64,000 nucleotides of DNA from Nitrospirales bacterium (GTDB taxonomy: Bacteria; Nitrospirota; Nitrospiria; Nitrospirales; UBA8639), in contig OZ245013.1 in assembly GCA_965223675.1 (NCBI GenBank), positions 1,569,169 through 1,633,168 on the forward strand. The letters are read 5' to 3'. The notes beneath the pieces are model-generated. The model did no database searches. It saw only the letters and a program-made list of their open reading frames with translations, and was not told the origin of the DNA. The position numbers and the translations under genes were made by a program. Each line of letters opens with the position of its first letter. The first letter of the stretch is position 1. Of the stretch, positions 19,246-29,451 are shown piece after piece.

Positions 19246-20190
19246 TCATGAAGTCGTCACTGTCGAATGGATTTTCGTGAGTATTCGATGAGCCAAATCT
19301 AATGAAGCCACCCCGTCCTCTCCCGACACAAGTGGTGTCGTACCCCTATTGACTGCATCGATAAATGAGAGTAGTTCACGTTGAAGGGGTTCATCTTCAG
19401 ACCCAATCAGTTGATCGGTCTGAACATTTGAACCGTTTCCTCCCCTTCCGTTTCGACGATGAATCACTGCCTGTCGATCCTGATAATTGATGGAAAGATA
19501 AGATTGCGGTTGAAAAATTCGGCATTTCCGTAGCCGTCCTGTCGAGATTCTACTCGCCGTAAACGTTGCCACACTGCCGTTGATAAACTCTATTCGTGCG
19601 TTGGCAATATCGACTTGGTCAGTTAAGACGGCTAACCCTGAAGCTTCGACCGAGACAATCGAACCAAGGTTAAACGATAACACCATATCAAGATCATGAA
19701 TCATCAAATCCAACACAACATCGACATCAATGCCTCTTGCTTGAAAAGGGCTCAATCGATGACATTCAAAAAATCCAGGATTATGAATCAAGGGTCGCAC
19801 AAGCTCGACGATAGGATTAAAACGCTCAACATGACCCACTTGAAGAATACAGTTTCGGTCCTTAGCCAACTTCACGAGGAAATGTCCATCCTCCACGAGA
19901 GATGTAATGGGTTTTTCGACGAGGACATGGACTCCTGCTTCCAAGCAAGCACACACAATAGAGAAATGTTGAGAAGTCGGTACCGCTACGCTAACCGCGT
20001 CTACCATCGACAATAATCTACCAATTTGCTCGCAGTAGTGCGCATGATATTGAGAAGCGATAGATTCTCCACGGAACTGGTCGATATCCGAGACAGCAAC
20101 CAGTGTGGATTCTGAAAGAGCAGAATAAATACGAGCGTGATGTTGACCGAGATGACCAACTCCAATCACGCCGACCCTGAGTGACCCCAT
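19246..20190 (-). CDS. Gfo/Idh/MocA-family NAD-dependent oxidoreductase, GnnA-like
   Basis: Rossmann motif VGVIGVGHLGQHH and an EKP motif (VLVEKPIT). It is 314 aa and embedded between lpxI and lpxB. Confidence 0.75.
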   Translation of the reverse strand: MGSLRVGVIGVGHLGQHHARIYSALSESTLVAVSDIDQFRGESIASQYHAHYCEQIGRLLSMVDAVSVAVPTSQHFSIVCACLEAGVHVLVEKPITSLVEDGHFLVKLAKDRNCILQVGHVERFNPIVELVRPLIHNPGFFECHRLSPFQARGIDVDVVLDLMIHDLDMVLSFNLGSIVSVEASGLAVLTDQVDIANARIEFINGSVATFTASRISTGRLRKCRIFQPQSYLSINYQDRQAVIHRRNGRGGNGSNVQTDQLIGSEDEPLQRELLSFIDAVNRGTTPLVSGEDGVASLDLAHRILTKIHSTVTTS

Positions 20191-20278
20191 CCCTTATTGA
20201 TCACTTTCATTAAAACGTGAGAAACGCCAGGATTCGAATGACTGCCTCCTCATTGATTCCACAATCTCTAATCGTGTG

Positions 20279-21139
20279 TCATTCCGGAAGAGGAGGAAGC
20301 CGAGTTGCCGTCATTCCGACGATGGAAATACAACTAGCATTTGCTTGATTAAGCACAAGATCTCGGTCGAGTAAAACCGTACGTCCAGACTCCAACGCGA
20401 GCACAGAGGCTTTGACTCGCTGCATAGTTTCAATCGTGATTGGCCCTATCGCAGGAAGATCAAAACGTAAATCTTGGGTTGACTTGCATCGCTTAATGAC
20501 GATAGCACCTTTTTGCACCAACTGCCCACCACGCCGAATGGTTTCGTCCGTTCCTTCCGCTGCTTCAACGGCGACGACCGCTCGACTCTTCACGACCAGA
20601 CATTGGCCGATATCTAAACGACCAATGTCGTACGCTAGCTCCCAACCAAACTGAATGTCTTCCCATTCCTTCTGAGTAGGCTTTCTATCCGTCAAGACTC
20701 CTTCCTCGACAAGGATTTCATCTAAGCCGAAAGTCGAATCGATAATTTGAATGCCTTCTCGTTCAAGTTCCTCAGCCACAGCGCGTAATATTCCATCATC
20801 CTTCCAATCCTTCAACCGGCTCATGAGCGTCAAGGCTCGAAGATCGGGACGGATCGTGGAAAAGACATGAGTCTTTTTGAAGCCTCCCAGCATAACAGCC
20901 TGTTGGATGTCGTGCTTCCGAAAAGCCTGAACCACTTTATTAAACTGGCCGATTTTTACCCAATGGATCCATTCAACGGAGTGCTCAAGTTCAGGAGATG
21001 TCTCTCCGATATGCGCCACGGCAGACACCTGATAGCCAAGCGTGCGAACCTTTTCCGAAAATATAATGGGAAATCGTCCATTCCCTGCGATTAATCCAAT
21101 TCGTCCATTCTTCAACGTCACATTAGACTTCTTCGGCAT
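20279..21139 (-). CDS. lpxI: UDP-2,3-diacylglucosamine pyrophosphatase LpxI (DUF1009)
   Basis: IGLIAGNGRFP N-terminus and DIGQCLVVKSRAVVAVEAAEGTDETIRRGG motif. It lies between lpxA and lpxB, as in LpxI-type clusters. Confidence 0.85.
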   Translation of the reverse strand: MPKKSNVTLKNGRIGLIAGNGRFPIIFSEKVRTLGYQVSAVAHIGETSPELEHSVEWIHWVKIGQFNKVVQAFRKHDIQQAVMLGGFKKTHVFSTIRPDLRALTLMSRLKDWKDDGILRAVAEELEREGIQIIDSTFGLDEILVEEGVLTDRKPTQKEWEDIQFGWELAYDIGRLDIGQCLVVKSRAVVAVEAAEGTDETIRRGGQLVQKGAIVIKRCKSTQDLRFDLPAIGPITIETMQRVKASVLALESGRTVLLDRDLVLNQANASCISIVGMTATRLPPLPE

Positions 21140-21932
21140 CTAATTCTCTCGATGCAATTCGGCAAGTTCCTCGACGAGTACTTTCAATAAATGTCACGAG
21201 CTTCAACACGTCGGCACTATGCTCATATTGAGTGCGAACTAACTTTGTGGCTTCACTGATAGGATGTTTCTGTCGAAACAGCACATCAAATGCACCTTTG
21301 AGGGTCGCAATGCGTTCGCTACTGAACTTATGGCGTCGAAGAGCAAGCGAGTTTAACCCAAATAGCCGCGCACGATAGCCGCCAGCAGCTCGGAGAAAAG
21401 GTGGAACGTCTCGCCCTAAAGCAGAACAGCCGCCAACCATTGCATAGTCGCCAATTCGGACATACTGATGAACACCAACTAATCCACCAATGACGGAAAA
21501 GTTTCCAATGGAAATATGCCCGGCAAGAGTTGCCGCATTGGCCATCACGATGTGATCACCCAGTTCACAGTCATGCGCAACATGCACATAAGCCATCAAA
21601 AAGTTATGATGACCAAGACGAGTAACTCCTCCACCAAAACTTGTAGCACGATTCACTGTCACATATTCGCGTAAAATATTATCGTCGCCGATCACGACTT
21701 TGGTCGGTTCATCTTTATACTGGAGATGCTGTGGAGGAGACCCTATAGATGAAAAGGGAAACAGTTTGCATCGCTGCCCAATTTCAGTATGACCCTCGAT
21801 ATTGACATGCGAGATCAGCTCTGTACCATGCCGTATTCGGACATGCTCACCGACGATACAATAGGGTCCAATGCGCACATCTTCTTCGATTTCAGCTTTT
21901 GGATGAACGATGGCAGTGTGATGAATATTCAT
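21123..21932 (-). CDS. lpxA: UDP-N-acetylglucosamine acyltransferase
   Basis: Left-handed beta-helix hexapeptide repeats with an LpxA-type C-terminal helical domain. Adjacent to fabZ. Confidence 0.9.
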   Translation of the reverse strand: MNIHHTAIVHPKAEIEEDVRIGPYCIVGEHVRIRHGTELISHVNIEGHTEIGQRCKLFPFSSIGSPPQHLQYKDEPTKVVIGDDNILREYVTVNRATSFGGGVTRLGHHNFLMAYVHVAHDCELGDHIVMANAATLAGHISIGNFSVIGGLVGVHQYVRIGDYAMVGGCSALGRDVPPFLRAAGGYRARLFGLNSLALRRHKFSSERIATLKGAFDVLFRQKHPISEATKLVRTQYEHSADVLKLVTFIESTRRGTCRIASRELDAEEV

Positions 21933-21962
21933 CGTGCTAATTCCAGGGGCAGAATAGCCCAG

Positions 21963-22415
21963 TCATGAAGCCGATTCTTCTGTCACCATAGCTGTCATTT
22001 CCGCCTCACACACGAGAATGGAGTTGACTATAATTTTCCCTTGCATTTTCCAGAATGCAGATTTGTGCTTGAGCACTTCAACTTCAACTCGAAGTTGGTC
22101 ACCAGGAAATACAGGTTTTCGAAATTTCGCCTTGTCAACGCCTGCTAAGTACACAATCGGACGTCCAGGCCCCTCCGCGCCCTTCAACGCAAGCACAGCT
22201 CCAACTTGTGCCATCACTTCTAACTGTAACACTCCAGGCATGACCGGCTGACCAGGAAAATGTCCAGGGAAATATGGTTCGTTGCAAGTGACATTTTTGA
22301 TGCCGACAATTCGGTGACCGGCTTCACATTCAATAACCTTGTCAACCAGAAGAAATGGATACCGGTGAGGTAAAATGGATTGAATGTCCTGACACGTGAT
22401 TTCAAGACCAGCCAC
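21963..22415 (-). CDS. fabZ: 3-hydroxyacyl-ACP dehydratase
   Basis: ILPHRYPFLLVD and FPGHFPGQPVMPGVL motifs. Confidence 0.93.
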   Translation of the reverse strand: MAGLEITCQDIQSILPHRYPFLLVDKVIECEAGHRIVGIKNVTCNEPYFPGHFPGQPVMPGVLQLEVMAQVGAVLALKGAEGPGRPIVYLAGVDKAKFRKPVFPGDQLRVEVEVLKHKSAFWKMQGKIIVNSILVCEAEMTAMVTEESAS

Positions 22416-22532
22416 AATTACTCTCCTTCCGTAAAAGTGGATAGATTAAGATATCGTTTGCGCACTCATGGGCTTACGCTGACGCAGCATGTTCACTTCC
22501 AACATCATCGAACCACGAAAGAAGCCCTAGCA

Positions 22533-23114
22533 CTAGAATTCATCCCCATCCATTCGCTGAATGATATCATCAGAAATATCTAATTGAGGTTGATGAAACA
22601 GTGTCGAGGTACCTTGTCCTCGTTCTATCACCACAGAGAAATCACGATTTTGGGCGATTTCTGATACGATTTGTTTCACCTTTGCTCGAAAATCATTCAT
22701 CAAATCTTGCTGCTTCTGCTGAAGCTCACGAGACAGAGCCGCTTCTTTCAATTGATATTCCCGTACTCGTCGTTGGAATTTTTCTTCTCGTTGCCGTCTC
22801 GCCGCTTCACTTAAGACACTTCCTTGATTCACCAGGTCATTTTGAATCTTCTTAATCTCTTGTTGTTCAAGTTCAAGCAACACCTGCCGATCTTTCATAA
22901 AAGTATCAAAAGACTCTTTTAATGCTTTCCCAGCCTGTGTTTCCTCCAGTATACGTTGAACATCGACGACAGCAATATCATCGGTGTTTTTGATTGATGG
23001 GGCCGTCGCCGTACAACCAAGCATTCCTCCAAATACCACTGACACACTCAGAACCCCTCCCCATACAATGTGAGAACACAAGAATTGACAACTACTGAAT
23101 AGATGACATTTCAT
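22533..23114 (-). CDS. skp: OmpH/Skp-family periplasmic chaperone
   Basis: Signal sequence ending in a possible lipobox (MLGC), followed by a long coiled-coil Q/E/K-rich region. It lies immediately downstream of bamA. Confidence 0.8.
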   Translation of the reverse strand: MKCHLFSSCQFLCSHIVWGGVLSVSVVFGGMLGCTATAPSIKNTDDIAVVDVQRILEETQAGKALKESFDTFMKDRQVLLELEQQEIKKIQNDLVNQGSVLSEAARRQREEKFQRRVREYQLKEAALSRELQQKQQDLMNDFRAKVKQIVSEIAQNRDFSVVIERGQGTSTLFHQPQLDISDDIIQRMDGDEF

Positions 23115-23128
23115 GAATGAGTTCCATT

Positions 23129-25459
23129 CTAAAATACTGATCCAACTGAAAATTCAAATACTCCCCTCTTTTCTCCGCTCCGCCGAGATAAAGGGACACC
23201 ATAGGCAGCACGAAGCGGTCCAAATGGGGAAATCCAGCGTACCTCGAATCCTGTCGCCGGCCGGAGATTACAACAAATGTCAAAAAAGTCTGTTTTCGAA
23301 AACCCTTCACCATAATCAAAAAAGACCACTCCGTTCAGCTTAGCCTCCGCGAGAATAGGAAATATCAAATCTACGTTAAAAATTAACTGTTTGGTGGCTC
23401 CGACCAGCGTTCTGCTCGCCGTCACAGGGCCAGCTCGTCCGAATTTAAATCCTCGGACGGTATTGATACCTCCAACGAAAAACAGTTCTGACAAGGGAAC
23501 GTCATCCCCACCATACCCTTCGGCTAACCCCACTCTCCCACGTGTGGCGATACGGAGATCCCAAATAGGCAATGGTGTATACTTCAACGCATCAAATGCG
23601 AGTGAATAAAAATCATTTGTTCCACCCAACACTTCTGTTCCAAAACTTGCATTAACCCCCACTCGGGTGCCTGATCGTGGGTCAAGGAAATAATCTCGAG
23701 AATCACGGAATAAAGCTCCCCGTACTCCTGTCGTCGTTTGCGTCCCGACCTGGTCTAAGATGAGCTCCGGAGCATCCGACCGAGGATTTGATATTTTGAT
23801 TCGTTCCGCGACGAAGGTCAGACTTCCAGAAATAAATTCCGAAAATGATCGACCAAACGTAACATTGCCACCCGTCTTTTTCTCTTCATAGGTCAAAAAA
23901 TCTGTGTTTGTTTGAAAACCGTCAATCTGCATTGATGTCAAGCCATCATTTAATGCGGGATTCCGAAACGTGACAACCCCCAACGTTCGACGACCTCCTA
24001 CCTGTCCACGAATCCTCCCAGTATACCCCAGTCCAAAAAGATTACCCTCTGTAATATCTGCGATAGCGGTAAACCGATCGAGGGTACTAAATCCCCCTCC
24101 AATACTGAACGAACCTGTTGGTTTCTCTTTGACTTTCACTTCCAGGTCAACTTGGCCTTCATCTATTTCTTGAGGAAGAATTTCCACGGTTTCAAAAAAA
24201 TTCAGATTGTTGAGCCGTTCAAAACTTCGTTTCATGGCGACGGAATCGATCATATCTCTTTCATCGACTCGTAATTCACGACGGATAACATTATCTCGGG
24301 TTTTATCATTGCCGGTAATTCGAATGTTTCGTATTCGAATCAACTCTCCTTCTTTGATGGTAAACACAACCTCCGTACTTCGACTCTCAGGATCAGGTTG
24401 AATTGAAGGAATTGGTTCGGCAAACGCATAGCCTCTTTCACCATACAGATCGGTGAGCCGCGTGACTTCCTCTCTCACTTTCGCACGCTGAAAAACATCT
24501 CCCGGGTGAATCGAGAACCCTTCCTTCAATTCTTTATCCGTAAAGATCGTATTCCCTTTAATGAACACGCGACTGACAATATAGGGTTCGCCCTCGACAA
24601 TCGGAAAATTCACCTCAAACCATTCCTTACTTTCATCGAGGTCAATGGAAGGCATTCCGACCTTCACATCCAAATATCCTCTATTCATGTAAGCTTCTTT
24701 AATTCGTTCGACATCATTAGGAATTTCATCCTGCTTAAGAATCCCAGCATCGGTAAACCACGACCAAGGGAGAGACCATTCACGAGTGGCCATTCCACTC
24801 AGTAGTTCATCACGTTCTAGAACGTTTCGACCTTGAAAGGTGACGTGTTTTACGTGCGCCTGAGGACCTTCTTGAATAAAAAACGTTAAACGATTTCGAT
24901 TCTCTTCGACTTCTTCAATAACAGGAATCACTTGTGCATGGTAATACCCTTCTTCTTGATAGGCTTGTCGAATATTTTCTGCGCTGACATTCACCTGTTC
25001 TTGATCCAAAAACACCTGACTCTGGACCGTAACTTTTTCCTTGAGTTTATCTTCAGATAATTCATCATTTCCATCAAAAATCGTTTCTACATTAAAAGGT
25101 TTTTCACGAACAATAAACACAAGGTCAATCCCATTGCTCACCCTCTTCGTATCGACCTGAACATCTTCAAAAAATCCCATTTCATAAATATTCTGAATTT
25201 CCTTACGAACTGCTTCTTGAAGAAAACGGCTTCCCGGTTTTAACGTAAGCTTTGATTCGATAGCCTGCACTTCGATATGTTGTGTTCCCTGTACATGAAT
25301 CGAACGAATGTGCAGTTCATCTTCCGCTGCAAACACGGGAAGCGTCAAGAATATTAATGCTGTTATAACGCTAAGGCACGACTTCCGAAAAAATCGTTTC
25401 TCTATAGAGTTTCTCCAAATACCATACGAAATCAAAAATCGTTCCTGATCGTCTTTCAT
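23129..25459 (-). CDS. bamA: outer membrane protein assembly factor BamA
   Basis: 776 aa with a signal peptide, POTRA-type repeats and a C-terminal beta-barrel ending in an aromatic residue (...FEFSVGSVF). Confidence 0.92.
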   Translation of the reverse strand: MKDDQERFLISYGIWRNSIEKRFFRKSCLSVITALIFLTLPVFAAEDELHIRSIHVQGTQHIEVQAIESKLTLKPGSRFLQEAVRKEIQNIYEMGFFEDVQVDTKRVSNGIDLVFIVREKPFNVETIFDGNDELSEDKLKEKVTVQSQVFLDQEQVNVSAENIRQAYQEEGYYHAQVIPVIEEVEENRNRLTFFIQEGPQAHVKHVTFQGRNVLERDELLSGMATREWSLPWSWFTDAGILKQDEIPNDVERIKEAYMNRGYLDVKVGMPSIDLDESKEWFEVNFPIVEGEPYIVSRVFIKGNTIFTDKELKEGFSIHPGDVFQRAKVREEVTRLTDLYGERGYAFAEPIPSIQPDPESRSTEVVFTIKEGELIRIRNIRITGNDKTRDNVIRRELRVDERDMIDSVAMKRSFERLNNLNFFETVEILPQEIDEGQVDLEVKVKEKPTGSFSIGGGFSTLDRFTAIADITEGNLFGLGYTGRIRGQVGGRRTLGVVTFRNPALNDGLTSMQIDGFQTNTDFLTYEEKKTGGNVTFGRSFSEFISGSLTFVAERIKISNPRSDAPELILDQVGTQTTTGVRGALFRDSRDYFLDPRSGTRVGVNASFGTEVLGGTNDFYSLAFDALKYTPLPIWDLRIATRGRVGLAEGYGGDDVPLSELFFVGGINTVRGFKFGRAGPVTASRTLVGATKQLIFNVDLIFPILAEAKLNGVVFFDYGEGFSKTDFFDICCNLRPATGFEVRWISPFGPLRAAYGVPLSRRSGEKRGVFEFSVGSVF

Positions 25460-25760
25460 TCACCGTTCCGTTTTTCGGTATTTGGAGTTCGATGAGCACA
25501 CAAACTCCCTTGCGCGGAGTGAATACTCACATGAAAACACTGGATTAAAAAAACAGCTCTAGACAAGAGTTATTGACTGGCCATACCCGACGGAGGAGCA
25601 TTCATGATTCAAGTTGACATGCTCAACGGTAGGATAGGAATTCTACGGTTTGTAAGAATTGAATAATCTCTGGAAGACATTGAATTATATAGTTAAAACG
25701 CGATTATTGTAAAGTGTACGGCTGAATAGACTTTGTACAACATCCCTGTATGAGATTATC

Positions 25761-25790
25761 TTGACATTAATTTTCCCCTTCTCCTAGTAT
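25761..25790 (+). promoter_or_regulatory. candidate sigma-70-like promoter upstream of lon
   Basis: TTGACA (25761-25766), an 18-nt spacer, then TAGTAT (25785-25790), about 130 nt upstream of the lon ATG. Confidence 0.3.
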
Positions 25791-25919
25791 CGTTTCGATG
25801 GTGGACAAATGGCCACAGATTTTCTCTTGACACTCACAGGTCATAGTCAAACGTTTTGCATGCATCACTGCTAGCCCTTTTGATACTCTCGATTCGCTGC
25901 TAAAGTCATATAGAATACT

Positions 25920-28388
25920 ATGGAAGAACGTCCTCAAACCGATATACCCGCTTCCCTTCCGCTTCTACCCGTCCGAGACATTGTGGTGTTTCCATACATG
26001 GTGTTACCGCTTTTTGTGGGTCGTAATGTCTCTATTAAGGCGATTGAATCGGCGCTGGCGGATAATCGAATGATTTTCCTCACAACACAAAAGACACAAG
26101 ATACTGAATTACCACAACCTGACGACTTACATACGGTTGGCACGGTGGGAGTGATCATGCGTATGCTTAAACTCCCAGACGAACGCATCAAAATATTGGT
26201 TCAAGGCCTCGCAAAGGCACGGATTCTCGACTACACGCAATCGGAACCCTTTTATACTGTCAATATCGAGAAAATCGTGGACTCGCAAGTCTCCCCGCCT
26301 CAACTTGAGCATGAAGCGATCATGCGAACCACAAAAGAATCACTCGAACAATTAGTTAGCCTTGGCAAAGTAATCATGCCTGATGTCATCACGGTCATTG
26401 AAAATCTTGATGAACCGGGGCGATTGGCCGACATCATCGCGTCAAACCTCGGCCTCAAGGTCGAGACGACACAGGAAGTATTGGAGATTGAAGACCCAAT
26501 CACGCGACTCAAACGGGTTCAAGACATTCTCGCGAAGGAACATGAAGTCCTGTCAATGCAGCAAAAGATCCAAGCCCAAGCCAAAGGCGAAATGGACAAA
26601 ACCCAGAGAGAATACTTTCTGCGTGAACAACTCAAGGCTATTCAAAAAGAATTAGGAGAGCTAGATGATCGCGCTGAAGAAGCCTCTGAGTTTCGGACAC
26701 GTATTCAAGATGCCAACATGCCAGAAAAAGTTCTCAAAGAATGTGAAAAGCAACTGAAACGTTTAGAAAAGATGCATCCTGATGCTGCCGAATCTGGAAC
26801 AGTCCGGACGTATATAGAATGGATGGTTGATTTACCCTGGAGCCACCGCTCAAAGGATAATTTAAATATCAAAGAAGCCACCAAGGTCCTTCATGAAGAC
26901 CACTATGACTTGGAAAAGGTCAAAGATCGAATCCTTGAATATCTCGCCGTTCGAAAACTCAAAGAAAAAATGAAAGGACCGATCCTCTGTTTTGTTGGTC
27001 CTCCTGGAGTCGGCAAGACTTCACTCGGTAAATCTATCGCCCGCGCTCTCGGTCGAGAATTTGTTCGAATCAGCCTGGGAGGCACAAGGGATGAAGCGGA
27101 AATACGGGGACATCGTCGCACCTATGTCGGGGCGCTGCCCGGGCGGATCATTCAGGGATTAAAGCAAGCCGGAACCAACAACCCGGTATTCATGCTTGAT
27201 GAAATTGACAAAGTCGGAATGGATTTTCGCGGCGATCCATCCGCTGCATTACTCGAAGTATTGGATCCAGAGCAAAACCATGCATTTACCGATCATTACC
27301 TCGCTGTGCCTTTTGACCTTAGTGATGTCATGTTTATTACCACGGCCAATTTAACGGATCCCATCCTTTCCGCTCTACGCGACCGGATGGAAATTATTGA
27401 AATTCCAGGGTATTCTGAAGAAGAAAAGCTTGGCATTGCTCAGCGGTATCTCATCCCGCGTCAGTTAGAGGAACACGGAATTACGGAGAAGCACCTTCGG
27501 CTCACTGAACCAGTCGTGAAGCAAATCGTTTCACAGTACACGCGAGAAGCCGGTGTACGGAATCTTGAACGAGAAATCGCCAATGTGATGCGAAAAATCG
27601 CCAAGCGTGTCGCGGAAGGAAGCTCTCAACGATCTACCGTCAACCCAGAAAACCTTCACAAATACTTGGGTGTACCGAAATTTCTCCCTGACCAAGAGCA
27701 AGAACATGATGAAGTTGGAGTCGTCACAGGATTAGCATGGACTGAAAGTGGAGGAGATGTCTTATATGTGGAGGCCTCCTCTATCAAAGGAAAAGGACAA
27801 CTTACTCTGACAGGGCAATTAGGCGATGTGATGAAAGAATCCGCTCAGGCCGCCCTCAGCTATATCCGGACTCAAGCTAAACCACTAGGCATACAGCAAG
27901 ATATCTTTTCTAAAAAGGACATCCACATTCATGTTCCTGCAGGAGCTATTCCAAAGGACGGTCCTTCGGCAGGCATTACAATGGCTACGGCCTTGGCCTC
28001 GAGTCTGAGCGGTCTCCCAGCTCGTCGCGATATCGCCATGACTGGAGAAATTACCCTACGAGGCCGCATTCTTCCCGTTGGGGGGCTCAAGGAAAAAATT
28101 CTCGCGGCGAAACGCGCTAAGCTCAACTGCATCATTCTTCCCAAACGCAATGAAAAAGATATAGAAGAAATTCCCAAACATCTTCTTAAACATATCGACT
28201 TCGTCTTCGTCGAATCCATGGCAGACGTCTTGAAAGTTTCTCTTCGAAAGAAAGAAAAACCACGAACACTCCATCAGTCTCTAAACGGAAAAACTCCTAC
28301 GTCTCGACGAAAAGTCGCTACGGTCCCTCGAAAGCGAACCTCACAACCAAAAAAAATTATCGCCAGGAAGTCCCCGTCTCGCAAATAA
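25920..28388 (+). CDS. lon: ATP-dependent Lon protease (LonA) with a basic C-terminal tail
   Basis: LON N-domain (LPLLPVRDIVVFPYMVLPLFVGR), Walker A GPPGVGKTS and the protease Ser motif PKDGPSAG. Confidence 0.95.
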   Translation: MEERPQTDIPASLPLLPVRDIVVFPYMVLPLFVGRNVSIKAIESALADNRMIFLTTQKTQDTELPQPDDLHTVGTVGVIMRMLKLPDERIKILVQGLAKARILDYTQSEPFYTVNIEKIVDSQVSPPQLEHEAIMRTTKESLEQLVSLGKVIMPDVITVIENLDEPGRLADIIASNLGLKVETTQEVLEIEDPITRLKRVQDILAKEHEVLSMQQKIQAQAKGEMDKTQREYFLREQLKAIQKELGELDDRAEEASEFRTRIQDANMPEKVLKECEKQLKRLEKMHPDAAESGTVRTYIEWMVDLPWSHRSKDNLNIKEATKVLHEDHYDLEKVKDRILEYLAVRKLKEKMKGPILCFVGPPGVGKTSLGKSIARALGREFVRISLGGTRDEAEIRGHRRTYVGALPGRIIQGLKQAGTNNPVFMLDEIDKVGMDFRGDPSAALLEVLDPEQNHAFTDHYLAVPFDLSDVMFITTANLTDPILSALRDRMEIIEIPGYSEEEKLGIAQRYLIPRQLEEHGITEKHLRLTEPVVKQIVSQYTREAGVRNLEREIANVMRKIAKRVAEGSSQRSTVNPENLHKYLGVPKFLPDQEQEHDEVGVVTGLAWTESGGDVLYVEASSIKGKGQLTLTGQLGDVMKESAQAALSYIRTQAKPLGIQQDIFSKKDIHIHVPAGAIPKDGPSAGITMATALASSLSGLPARRDIAMTGEITLRGRILPVGGLKEKILAAKRAKLNCIILPKRNEKDIEEIPKHLLKHIDFVFVESMADVLKVSLRKKEKPRTLHQSLNGKTPTSRRKVATVPRKRTSQPKKIIARKSPSRK

Positions 28389-28389
28389 C

Positions 28390-29442
28390 ATGGCTCGTGC
28401 TCCCTCACGGAGATCTGTTTCTCATCTGGGTGAATTTGAGTTGATCACCCTGATAAAAAATACTTTATCTGATTGTCATCTTCCCTCTCCACGCGGCATT
28501 GGGGACGATGCGGCCATTGTTCGACCGGCTCCAAACCATGAATGGCTTGTGTCCAAAGATCTGTTCATTGAAGACATTCACTTTGACCCGAAATTCTCAT
28601 CTTATCGAGAAATTGGGTATAAGGCCGCTGCGGTCAATATCAGCGATATTGCGGCCATGGGTGGAATTCCCACATTCCTTTTGGTGGGCATTGCGGTCCC
28701 TAAATCGACGCTTCTCTCGCAGATTCGATCGATCTACCGTGGCCTGAATGCCGTCTGTAAGGAATTTAACGTGAAATTAATCGGTGGGGACACATCAGTA
28801 TCGCGGACAAACATGTTTATCAGCCTGACCATTATTGGGAAGGTTAAACGCGGGAAAGCACTCTGTCGAGAAGGAGCCAAGGTTGGAGATCATATCTATG
28901 TCACAGGGACGCTAGGAGATTCCGGGGCAGGGCTTCGACTCCTGCAGAACCCTATTCATACGACTGTTGGACAACTTCCTAAGTCTGTCGTACGATTTCT
29001 TATAAAACGTCATCTTCAACCTACACCGCGAGTTCAACTCGGTAGTCTGCTTTCTGAACGACAGATCGCTACGGCTGCCATTGATCTTTCTGACGGTTTA
29101 TCAGGGGATCTTCACCATCTATGTCATGCAAATCGAGTGGGGGCCAGTATTGCTGAATACAACATTCCAGTTTCACGCCAGTGTGCACGCTATGCGAAAT
29201 ATACCAAGGAATCTGTCATGAACTTGTCACTGCATAGTGGCGAAGACTACGAGCTCCTCTTTACGACGTCACCACACACACAAAAGCTTCTTGAGCGAAT
29301 GGCCAGTCGTTTTAATCAGAAGATCACACACATTGGATTCATCCAAAGTCATAAGCACGGCATTCAAATCAAGAAAATTGATGGATCCTGCCAACCGATA
29401 GCCCAACACAGTTACGATCATTTTTCTCCATACGAGCACTAA
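28390..29442 (+). CDS. thiL: thiamine-monophosphate kinase
   Basis: GEFELI...IGDDAAIV N-terminal motif and AIR-synthase-like fold motifs (GGDTS, DLSDGL). Confidence 0.88.
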   Translation: MARAPSRRSVSHLGEFELITLIKNTLSDCHLPSPRGIGDDAAIVRPAPNHEWLVSKDLFIEDIHFDPKFSSYREIGYKAAAVNISDIAAMGGIPTFLLVGIAVPKSTLLSQIRSIYRGLNAVCKEFNVKLIGGDTSVSRTNMFISLTIIGKVKRGKALCREGAKVGDHIYVTGTLGDSGAGLRLLQNPIHTTVGQLPKSVVRFLIKRHLQPTPRVQLGSLLSERQIATAAIDLSDGLSGDLHHLCHANRVGASIAEYNIPVSRQCARYAKYTKESVMNLSLHSGEDYELLFTTSPHTQKLLERMASRFNQKITHIGFIQSHKHGIQIKKIDGSCQPIAQHSYDHFSPYEH

Positions 29443-29451
29443 AGCCGTCGC

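Noticed and set aside
25740-25919. Heat-shock (sigma-32) promoter or CIRCE operator upstream of lon.
   Set aside because: CTTGACA...CCCCTTCT has far too short a spacing for the sigma-32 consensus. No TTAGCACTC-N9-GAGTGCTAA inverted repeat is present.
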